Shown here in pieces: positions 47,451 to 61,000 of a DNA stretch of 64,000 nt (its first letter is position 1; each line of letters opens with the position of its first letter). Made by a program: the position numbers and the translations under genes. The notes below the pieces were generated by a model. That model was not told the origin of the DNA and ran no database searches. It saw nothing but the letters and a program-made list of their open reading frames with translations. The DNA comes from the human T2T-CHM13v2.0 reference genome, Homo sapiens: assembly GCF_009914755.1 (NCBI RefSeq), contig NC_060937.1; one strand, 5' to 3'.

Positions 47451-48249
47451 GTACATAAAATATCAAAGTGCACAAACTATACATTATATACTGTACATAA
47501 AATATGAAATTACATCAAATATATATTAGGTACATAAAATATGAAAGTACATCAAATATAGATTATATACTGTACATATAATATCAAAGTACCCCAAATA
47601 TATATTTTTACTCTACATGGAATATCAAAGTTCACAAACCATATATTATATACTGTACATAAAATATCAAGGTACCCAAGGTATATATTCTATACTGTAC
47701 AAAAAATATCAAAGTACCCAAAGCGTGTATTATGTACTGTATATAAAATATGAAAGTACATCAAATATATATTTTATTCTGTACATAAAATATCAAAGTA
47801 CACCAGATATATATTCTATAGTGTACATAAAATAACAAAGTACACAAACTATACATTATATACTGTACATAAAATATGAAATTACATCAAATATATATTA
47901 GGTACATAAAATATGAAAGTACATCAAATATAGATTATATACTCTACATAAAATATCAATGTACCCCAAATATATATTTTATACTCTACATGAAATATCA
48001 AAGTTCACAAACCATATATTATATACTGTCCATAAAATATCAAAGTACCCAAGGTATATATTCTATACTATACAAAAAATATCAAGGTACCCAAAGCATG
48101 TATTATATACTGTACCTAAAATATGAAAGTACATCAAATATATATTTTATTCTGTACATAAAATAACAAAGTACACCAGATATATATTCTATAGTGTACA
48201 TAAAATAACAAAGTACAAATACTATAAATTATATACTGTACATAAAATA

Positions 48250-51200
48250 TGAAATTACATCAAATATATATTAGGTACATAAAATATGAAAGTACATCAA
48301 ATATAGATTATATACTGTACATATAATATCAAAGTACCCCAAATATATATTTTTACTCTACATGGAATATCAAAGTTCACAAACCATATATTATATACTG
48401 TACATAAAATATCAAGGTACCCAAGGTATATATTCTATACTGTACAAAAAATATCAAAGTACCCAAAGCATGTATTATATACTGTACATAAAATATGAAA
48501 GTACATCAAATATATATTTTATTCTGTACATAAAATATCAAAGTACACCAGATATATATTCTATAGTGTACATAAAATATCAAAGTACCCAAACTATACA
48601 TTATATACTGTACATAAAATATGAAATTACATCAAATTTATATTATATTAGGTACATAAAATATGAAAGTACATCAAATATAGATTATATACTGTATAAT
48701 AAAAATACCAAAGTACCCCAAATATATATTTTATACTGTACATGAAATATCAAAGTTCACAAACTATATATTATATACTGTACATAAAATATCAAAGTAC
48801 CCAACGTATATATTCTATACTGTACAAAAAATTTCGAAGTACCCAAAACATGTATTATATACTGTACATAAAATATGAAAGTACAACAAATATATATTTT
48901 ATTCCGTACATAAAATATCAAAGTACACCAGATATATATTCTATAGCGTACATAAAATATCAAAGTGCACAAACTATACATTATATACTGTACATAAAAT
49001 ATGAAATTACATGAAATATATATTATATTAGGTACATAAAATATGAAAGTACATCAAATATAGATTATATACTCTACATTAAATACGAAAGTACCCCAAA
49101 TATATATTATATACTCTAAAAGAAATATCAAAGTTCACAAACTATATATTATATACTGTACATAAAATATCAAAGTACCCAAGGTATATATTCTATACTG
49201 TACAAAAATATCAAAGTACCCAAAGCGTGTATTATGTACTGTATATAAAATATGAAAGTACATCAAATATATATTTTATTCTGTACATAAAATATCAAAG
49301 TACACCAGATATATATTCTATAGTGTACATAAAATAACAAAGTACACAAACTATACATTATATACTGTACATAAAATATGAAATTACATCAAATATATAT
49401 TATATTAGGTACATAAAATATGAAAGCACATCAAATATAGATTATATACTGTACATAAAATATCAAAGTACCCCAAATATATATTATATACTCTACATGA
49501 AATATCAAAGTTCACAAACTATATATTATATACTGTACATAAAATAAAGTCCCCAAGGTATATATTCTATACTGTAGAGAAAATATCAAAGTACCCAAAG
49601 CATGTATTATATACTGTATATAAAATATGAAAGTACATCAAATATATATTTTATTCTGTACATAATATATCAAAGTACACCAGATATATATTCTATAGTG
49701 TACATAAAATAACAAAGTACAAAAACTATAAATTATATACTGTACATAAAATATGAAATTACATCAAATATATATTAGGTACATAAAATATGAAAGTACA
49801 TCAAATATAGATTATATACTGTACATAAAATTTCAATGTACCCCAAATATATATTTTATACTCGACATGAAATATCAAAGTTCACAAACCATATAATATA
49901 TACTGTACATAAAATATCAAAGTACCCAAGGTATATATTCTATACTGTACAAAAAATATCAAAGTACCCAAAGCATGTATTATATACTGTACATAAAATA
50001 TGAAAGTACATCAAATATATATTTTATTCTGTACATAAAATATCAAAGTACACCAGATATATATTCTATAGTGTACATAAAATATCAAAGTACCCAAACT
50101 ATACATTATATACTGTACATAAAATATGAAATTACATCAAATATATATTATATTAGGTACATAAAATATGAAAGTACATCAAATATAGATTATATAGTGT
50201 ACATAAAATATCAAAGTACCCCAAATATATATTATATACTCTACATGAAATATCAAAGTTCACAAACTATATATTATATAGTGTACATAAAATATCAAAG
50301 TACCCAAGGTATATATTCTATACTATACAAAAAATATCAAAGTACCCAAAGCATGTATTATATACTGTATATAAAATATGAAAGTACATCAAATATATAT
50401 TTTATTCTGTACATAATATATCAAAGTACACCAGAAATATATTCTATAGTGTACATAAAATAACAAAGTACAAAAACTATAAATTATATACTGTACATAA
50501 AATATGAAATTACATCAAATATATATTAGGTACATAAAATATGAAAGTACATCAAATATAGATTATATACTGTACATAAAATATCAATGTACCCAAATAT
50601 ATATCATATACTGTACATGAAATATCAAAGTTCACAAACTATATATTATATACTGTACATAAAATATCAAAGTACCCAAGGTATATATTCTATACTGCAC
50701 AAAAAATATCAAAGTACCCAAAGCATGTATTATATACTGTATATAAAATATGAAATTACATCAAATATATATTTTATTCTGTACATAAAATATCAAAGTA
50801 CACCAGATATATATTTTATAGTGTACATAAAATAACAAAGTACACAAAGTATAAATTATATACTGTACATAAAATATGAAATTACATCAAATATATATTA
50901 GGTACATAAAATATGAAAGTACATCAAATATAGATTATATACTGTACATATAATATCAAAGTACCCCAAATATATATTTTTACTCTACATGGAATATCAA
51001 AGTTCACAAACCATATATTATATACTGTACATAAAATATCAAGGTACCCAAGGTATATATTCTATACTGTACAAAAAATATCAAAGTACCCAAAGCATGT
51101 ATTATATACTGTACATAAAATATGAAAGTACATCAAATATATATTTTATTCTGTACATAAAATATCAAAGTACACCAGATATATATTCTATAGTGTACAT

Positions 51201-54200
51201 AAAATATCAAAGTACCCAAACTATACATTATATACTGTACATAAAATATGAAATTACATCAAATTTATATTATATTAGGTACATAAAATATGAAAGTACA
51301 TCAAATATAGATTATATACTGTATAATAAAAATACCAAAGTACCCCAAATATATATTTTATACTGTACATGAAATATCAAAGTTCACAAACTATATATTA
51401 TATACTGTACATAAAATATCAAAGTACCCAACGTATATATTCTATACTGTACAAAAAATTTCGAAGTACCCAAAACATGTATTATATACTGTACATAAAA
51501 TATGAAAGTACAACAAATATATATTTTATTCCGTACATAAAATATCAAAGTACACCAGATATATATTCTATAGCGTACATAAAATATCAAAGTGCACAAA
51601 CTATACATTATATACTGTACATAAAATATGAAATTACATGAAATATATATTATATTAGGTACATAAAATATGAAAGTACATCAAATATAGATTATATACT
51701 CTACATTAAATACGAAAGTACCCCAAATATATATTATATACTCTAAAAGAAATATCAAAGTTCACAAACTATATATTATATACTGTACATAAAATATCAA
51801 AGTACCCAAGGTATATATTCTATACTGTACAAAAATATCAAAGTACCCAAAGCGTGTATTATGTACTGTATATAAAATATGAAAGTACATCAAATATATA
51901 TTTTATTCTGTACATAAAATATCAAAGTACACCAGATATATATTCTATAGTGTACATAAAATAACAAAGTACACAAACTATACATTATATACTGTACATA
52001 AAATATGAAATTACATCAAATATATATTATATTAGGTACATAAAATATGAAAGCACATCAAATATAGATTATATACTGTACATAAAATATCAAAGTACCC
52101 CAAATATATATTATATACTCTACATGAAATATCAAAGTTCACAAACTATATATTATATACTGTACATAAAATAAAGTCCCCAAGGTATATATTCTATACT
52201 GTAGAGAAAATATCAAAGTACCCAAAGCATGTATTATATACTGTATATAAAATATGAAAGTACATCAAATATATATTTTATTCTGTACATAATATATCAC
52301 AGTACACCAGATATATATTCTATAGTGTACATAAAATAACAAAGTACAAAAACTATAAATTATATACTGTACATAAAATATGAAATTACATCAAATATAT
52401 ATTAGGTACATAAAATATGAAAGTACATCAAATATAGATTATATACTGTACATAAAATTTCAATGTACCCCAAATATATATTTTATACTCGACATGAAAT
52501 ATCAAAGTTCACAAACCATATAATATATACTGTACATAAAATATCAAAGTACCCAAGGTATATATTCTATACTGTACAAAAAATATCAAAGTACCCAAAG
52601 CATGTATTATATACTGTACATAAAATATGAAAGTACATCAAATATATATTTTATTCTGTACATAAAATATCAAAGTACACCAGATATATATTCTATAGTG
52701 TACATAAAATATCAAAGTACCCAAACTATACATTATATACTGTACATAAAATATGAAATTACATCAAATATATATTATATTAGGTACATAAAATATGAAA
52801 GTACATCAAATATAGATTATATAGTGTACATAAAATATCAAAGTACCCCAAATATATATTATATACTCTACATGAAATATCAAAGTTCACAAACTATATA
52901 TTATATAGTGTACATAAAATATCAAAGTACCCAAGGTATATATTCTATACTATACAAAAAATATCAAAGTACCCAAAGCATGTATTATATACTGTATATA
53001 AAATATGAAAGTACATCAAATATATATTTTATTCTGTACATAATATATCAAAGTACACCAGAAATATATTCTATAGTGTACATAAAATAACAAAGTACAA
53101 AAACTATAAATTATATACTGTACATAAAATATGAAATTACATCAAATATATATTAGGTACATAAAATATGAAAGTACATCAAATATAGATTATATACTGT
53201 ACATAAAATATCAATGTACCCAAATATATATCATATACTGTACATGAAATATCAAAGTTCACAAACTATATATTATATACTGTACATAAAATATCAAAGT
53301 ACCCAAGGTATATATTCTATACTGCACAAAAAATATCAAAGTACCCAAAGCATGTATTATATGCTGTATATAAAATATGAAATTACATCAAATATATATT
53401 TTATTCTGTACATAAAATATCAAAGTACACCAGATATATATTTTATAGTGTACATAAAATAACAAAGTACACAAAGTATAAATTATATACTGTACATAAA
53501 ATATGAAATTACATCAAATATATATTAGGTACATAAAATATGAAAGTACATCAAATATAGATTATATACTGTACATATAATACCAAAGTACCCCAAATAT
53601 ATATTTTTACTCTACATGGAATATCAAAGTTCACAAACCATATATTATATACTGTACATAAAATATCAAGGTACCCAAGGTATATATTCTATACTGTACA
53701 AAAAATATCAAAGTACCCAAAGCATGTATTATATACTGTACATAAAATATGAAAGTACATCAAATATATATTTTATTCTGTACATAAAATATCAAAGTAC
53801 ACCAGATATATATTCTATAGTGTACATAAAATATCAAAATACCCAAACTATACATTATATACTGTACATAAAATATGAAATTACATCAAATTTATATTAT
53901 ATTAGGTACATAAAATATGAAAGTACATCAAATATAGATTATATACTGTATAATAAAAATACCAAAGTACCCCAAATATATATTTTATACTGTACATGAA
54001 ATATCAAAGTTCACAAACTATATATTATATACTGTACATAAAATATCAAAGTACCCAACGTATATATTCTATACTGTACAAAAAATTTCGAAGTACCCAA
54101 AACATGTATTATATACTGTACATAAAATATGAAAGTACAACAAATATATATTTTATTCCGTACATAAAATATCAAAGTACACCAGATATATATTCTATAG

Positions 54201-54630
54201 CGTACATAAAATATCAAAGTGCACAAACTATACATTATATACTGTACATAAAATATGAAATTACATGAAATATATATTATATTAGGTACATAAAATATGA
54301 AAGTACATCAAATATAGATTATATACTCTACATTAAATACGAAAGTACCCCAAATATATATTATATACTCTAAAAGAAATATCAAAGTTCACAAACTATA
54401 TATTATATACTGTACATAAAATATAAAAGTACCCAAGGTATATATTCTATACTGTACAAAAATATCAAAGTACCCAAAGCGTGTATTATGTACTGTATAT
54501 AAAATATGAAAGTACATCAAATATATATTTTATTCTGTACATAAAATATCAAAGTACACCAGATATATATTCTATAGTGTACATAAAATAACAAAGTACA
54601 CAAACTATACATTATATACTGTACATAAAA
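48250..54630 (+). repeat. 2627-bp (7 x ~378) tandem repeat, about 2.4 copies
   Basis: ORF starts recur at +2627: 48362/50989/53616, 48742/51369/53996, 49975/52602 and 50587/53214. A private variant TGTACCCAAATATATATCAT occurs near 50590 and 53216. Confidence 0.85.
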
Positions 54631-55019
54631 TATGAAATTACATCAAATATATATTAGGTACATAAAATATGAAAGTACATCAAATATAGATTATATACTC
54701 TACATAAAATATCAATGTACCCCAAATATATATTTTATACTCTACATGAAATATCAAAGTTCACAAACCATATATTATATACTGTCCATAAAATATCAAA
54801 GTACCCAAGGTATATATTCTATACTATACAAAAAATATCAAGGTACCCAAAGCATGTATTATATACTGTACCTAAAATATGAAAGTACATCAAATATATA
54901 TTTTATTCTGTACATAAAATAACAAAGTACACCAGATATATATTCTATAGTGTACATAAAATAACAAAGTACAAATACTATAAATTATATACTGTACATA
55001 AAATATGAAATTACATCAA

Positions 55020-58000
55020 ATACATATTAGGTACATTAAATATGAAATTACATCAAATATAGATTATATACTGTACATAAAATATCAATGTACCCCAAAT
55101 ATATATTTTATACTCTACATGAAATATTAAAGTTCACAAACCATATCTTATATACTATACATAAAATATCAAAGTACCCAAGGTATATATTCTATACTGT
55201 ACAAAAAATATCAAAGTACCCAAAGCATGTATTATATACTGTACATAAAATATGAAAGTACATCAAATATATATTTTATTCTGTACATAAAATATCAAAG
55301 TACACCAGGTATATATTCTATAGAGTACATAAAATAACAAAGTACAAAAACTATAAATTATATACTGTACATAAAATATGAAATTACATCAAATATATAT
55401 TAGGTACATAAAATATGAAAGTACATCAAATATAGATTATATACTGTACATAAAATATCAATGTACCCCAAATATATATTTTATACTCAACATGAAATAT
55501 CAAAGTTCACAAACCATATATTATATACTGTACATAAAATATCAAAGTACCCAAGGTATATATTCTATACTCTACAAAAAATATCAAAGTACCCAAAGCA
55601 TGTATTATATACTGTACATAAAATATGAAAGTACATCAACTATATATTTTATTCTGTACATAAAATATCAAAGTACACCAGATATATATTCTATAGAGTA
55701 CATAAAATATCAAAGTACCCAAAGTATACATTATATACTGTACATAAAATATGAAATTACATCAAATATATATTATATTAGGTACATAAAATATGAAAGT
55801 ACATCAAATATAGATTATATACTGTACATTAAATACCAAAGTACCCCAAATATATATCTTATACTGTACATGAAATATCAAAGTTCACACACTATATATT
55901 ATATACTGTACATAAAATATCAAAGTACCCAAGGTATATATTCTATACTGTACAAAAAAATCAAAGTACCCAAAGCATGTATTACAAACTGTACATAAAA
56001 TATGAAAGTACATCAAATATATATTTTATTCTGTACATAAAATATCAAAGTACACCAGATATATATTCTATAGTGTACATAAAATACCAAAGTACCCAAA
56101 CTATACATTATATACTGTACATAAAATATGAAATTACATCAAATATATATTATATTAGGTACATAAAATATGAAAGTACATCAAATATAGATTATATACT
56201 GTACATAAAATATCAAAGTACCCCAAATATATATTATATACTCTACATGAAATATCAAAGTTCACAAACTATATATTATATACTGTACATAAAATATCAA
56301 AGTACCCAAGGTATATATTCTATACTGCACAAAAAAATCAAAGTACCCAAAGCATGTATTATATACTGTATATAAAATATGAAAGTACATCAGATATATA
56401 TTTTATTCTCTACATAATATATGAAAGTACACCAGATATATATTCTATAGTGTACATAAAATAACAAAGTACACAAACTATAAATTATATACTGTTCATA
56501 AAATATGAAATTACATCAAATATATATTAGGTACATAAAATATGAAAGTACATCAAATATAGATTATATACTGTACATAAAATATCAATGTACCCCAAAT
56601 ATATATTTTATACTCTACATGAAATATCAAAGTTCACAAACCATATATTGTATACTGTACATAAAATATCAAAGTACCCAAGGTATGTATTCTATACTGT
56701 ACAAAAAATATCAAAGTACCCAAAGCATGTATTATATACTGTACATAAAATATGAAAGTACATCAAATATATATTTTATTCTGTACATAAAATATCAAAG
56801 TACACCAGATATATATTCTATAGTGTACATAAAATATCAAAGTACCCAAACTATACATTATATACTGTACATAAAATATGAAATTACATCAAATATATAT
56901 TATATTATGTACCTAAAATATGAAAGTACATCAAATATAGATTATATACTGTACAAAAAATATCAAGGTACCCCAAATATATATTATATACTGTACATGA
57001 AATATCAAAGTTCACAAACTATATATTATATACTGTACATAAAATATCAAAGTACCCAAGGTATATATTCTATACTGTACAAAAGATATCAAAGTACCCA
57101 AAGCATGTATTATATACTGTACATAAAATATGAAAGTACATCAAATATATATTTTATTCTGTACATAAAATATCAAAGTACACCAGATATATATTCTATA
57201 GTGTACATAAAATATCAATGTACCCAAACTATTTCTTATATACTGTACATGAAATATGAAATTACATCAAATATATATTATATTAGGTACATAAAATATG
57301 AAAGTACATCAAATATAGATTATATGCTGTACATTAATTACCAAAGTACCCCAAATATATATTTTATACTGTACATGAAATATCAAAGTTCACAAACTAT
57401 ATATTATATACTGTACATAAAATATCAAAGTACCCAAGGTATATATTCTATACTGTACAAAAAATATCAAAGTATCCAAAGCACGTATTATATACTGTAC
57501 GTAAAACATGAAAGTACATCAAATATATATATTTTCTGTACATAAAATGTCAAAGTACACCAGATATATATTCAATAGTGTACACAAAATAACAAAGTAC
57601 AAAAACTATAAATTATATACTGTACATAAAATATGAAATTACACCAAATATATATTAGGTACATAAAATATGAAAGGACATAAAATATAGATTATATACT
57701 GTACATATAATATCAATGTACCCCAAATATATATTTTATACTCTACATGAAATATCAAAGTTCACAAACCATATATTATATACTGTACATAAAATATCAA
57801 AGTACCCAAGGTATATATTCTATACTGTTCAAAAAATATCAAAGTTTCCAAAGCATGTATTATATACTGTATATAAAATATGAAAGTACATCAAATATAT
57901 ATTTTATTCTGTACATAAAATATCAATGTACACCAGATATATATTATATAGTGTACATAAAATATCAAAGTACCCAAACTATACATTATATACTGTACAT

Positions 58001-61000
58001 AAAATATGAAATTACATCAAATATATACTATATTAGGTCCATAAAATATGAAAGTACATCAAATATAGATTATATACTGTACATAAAATATCAAAGTACC
58101 CCAAATATATATTATATACTCTACATGAAATATCAAAGTTCACAAACTATATATTATATACTGTACATAAAATAAAGTACCCAAGGTACATATTCTATAC
58201 TGTACAAAAAATATCAAAGTACCCAAAGCATGTATTATATACTGTATATAAAATATGAAAGTACATCAAATATATATTTTATTCTGTACATAAAATATCA
58301 AAGTACACCAGATATATATTCTATAGTGTACATAAAATAACAAAGTACACAAACTATACATTATATACTGTACATAAAATATGAAATTACATCAAATATA
58401 TATTAGGTACATAAAATATGAAAGTACATCAAATATAGATTATATACTGTACATTAAATACCAAAGTACCCCAAATATATATTTTATACTGTACATGAAA
58501 TATCACAGTTCACAAACTATATATTATATACTGTACATATAATATCAAAGTACCCAAGGTATATATTCTATACTGTACAAAAAATATCAAAGTACCCAAA
58601 GCATGTATTATATACTGTACATAAAATAGGAAAGTACATCAAATATATATTTTATTCTGTACATAAAATATCAAAGTACACCAGATATATATTTTATAGT
58701 GTACATAAAATATCAAAATACCCAAAGTATACATTATAAACTGTACATAAAATATGAAAGTACATCAAATATAGATAATTAACTGTACATAAAATATCAA
58801 AGTACCCCAAATATATATTATATACTGTACATGAGATATCAAACTTCACAAACTATATATTATATACTGTAGATAAAATATCAAAGTACCCAAGGTATAT
58901 ATTCTATACTGTACAAAAAATATCAAAGTACCCAAAATATGTATTATATACTGTATATAAAATATGAAAGTACATCAAATATAAATTTTATTCTGTACAT
59001 AAAATATCAAAGTACACCAGATATATATTTTATAGTGTACATAAAATTCCAAAGTATCCAAACTATACATTATATACTGTACATAAAATATGAAATTACA
59101 TCAAATATATATTATATTAGGTACATAAAATATGAAAGTACATAAAATATAGATGATACACTGTACATAATATATCAAAGTAGCCCAAATATATATTATA
59201 CAGTGTACATGAAATATCAAAATTTACAAAATATATATTATATAATGTACATAAAATATCAAAGTACCCAAAGCAAGTATTATATACTGTACATAAAAGA
59301 TGAAAGTACATCAAATATATATTTTATTCTGTACGTAAAATATCAAAGTACACCAGATATATATTTTATAGTGTACATAAAATATCAAGGTACCCAAATT
59401 ATACATTATATACTGTACATAAAATATGAAAGTACATCAAATATATATTATATTAGTTACCTAAAATATGAAAGTACATCAAATATAGATTATTAACTAT
59501 ACATAAAATATCAAAGTACCCCAAATATATATTATATACTGTACATGAAATATCAAAGTTCACAAACTCTATATTATATACTGTACATAAAATATCAAAG
59601 TACCCAAGGTATATAATCTATACTGTACAAAAAATATCAAAGTACCCAAAGCATGTATTTTATACTGTACATAAAAGATGAAAGTACATCAAATATATAT
59701 TTTATTCTGTACATAAAATATCAAAGTACACCAGATATATATTTTATAGTGTACATAAAATATCAAAGTACCCAAACTATACATTATATACTGTACATAA
59801 AATATGAAATCACATCAAATATATATTATATTAGGTACATAAAATATGAAAGTACTTCTAGTATAGATTATTTACTGTACATAAAATATCAAAGTACCCC
59901 AAATATATATGATATACTGTACATGAAATATCAAAGTTCACAAACGATATATTATATACTGTAGATAAAATATCAAAGTACCCAAGGTTTATATTCTATA
60001 CTGTACAAAAAATATCAAAGTACCCAAAGCATGTATTATATACTGTACATAAAAGATGAAAGTACATGAAATATATATTTTATTCTCTACATAAAATAAC
60101 AAAGTACACCAGATATATATTTTATAGTGTACATAAAATATGAAAGTACCCAAACTGTACATTACATACTGTACATAAAATATGGAATTACATCAAATAT
60201 ATATTATATTAGGTACATAAAATATGAAAGTACATCAAATATAGATTATATACTGTACATAAAATATCAAAGTACTCCAAATATATATTACATACTCTAC
60301 ATGAAATATCAAAGTTCACAAACTATATATTATATACTGTACATAAAATGTCAATGTACCCAAGGTATATATTCTATACTGTACAAAAAATATCAAAGTA
60401 CCCAAAGCATGTATTATATACAGTAAATAAAATATGAAAGTACATCAATTATATATTTTATTCTGTACATAATATATCAAAGTACACCAGATATATATTC
60501 TATAGTGTACATAAAATAACAAAGTACACAAACTATAAATTATATACCGAACATAAAATATGAAATTACATCAAATATATATTAGGTACATAAAATATGA
60601 AAGTACATCAAATATAGATTATATACTGTACATAAAATATCAATGTACCCCAAATATATATTTTATACTCTACATGAAATATCAAAGTTCAGAAACCATA
60701 TATTGTATACTGTACATAAAATATCAAAGTACCCAAGGTATATATTCTATACTGTACAAAAAATATCAAAGTACCCAAAGCATGTATTATATACTGTACA
60801 TAAAATATGAAAGTACATCAACTATATATTTTATTCTGTACATAAAATATCAAAGTACACCAGATATATATTCTATAGTGTACATAAAATATCAAAGTAC
60901 CCAAACTATACATTATATACTGTACATAAAATATGAAATTACATCAAATATATATTATATTAGGTACCTAAAATATGAAAGTACATCAAATATAGATTAT

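Larger units (their letters stand above)
23050..55020 (+). repeat. Central homogeneous domain of multi-378-mer higher-order repeats (base period 1502 bp = 4 units/36 monomers, plus variants)
   Basis: There are 17 near-identical copies of a marker unit (CAACGT, TTTCGAAG, ACAACAAA, TTCCGTAC, TAGCGTAC, GTGCAC, CTCTAAAAGA). They are tracked by the 90-aa ORF starts 24667, 26169, 27671, 29176, 30683, 32566, 34068, 35953, 37838, 39340, 41223, 42725, 44610, 46495, 48742, 51369 and 53996. Confidence 0.88.

Noticed and set aside
24682-54235. 17 near-identical 74-aa minus-strand ORFs and their 90-aa plus-strand partners
   Set aside because: These are by-products of substitutions in the amplified marker unit. 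Their conservation reflects recent duplication, not coding selection.
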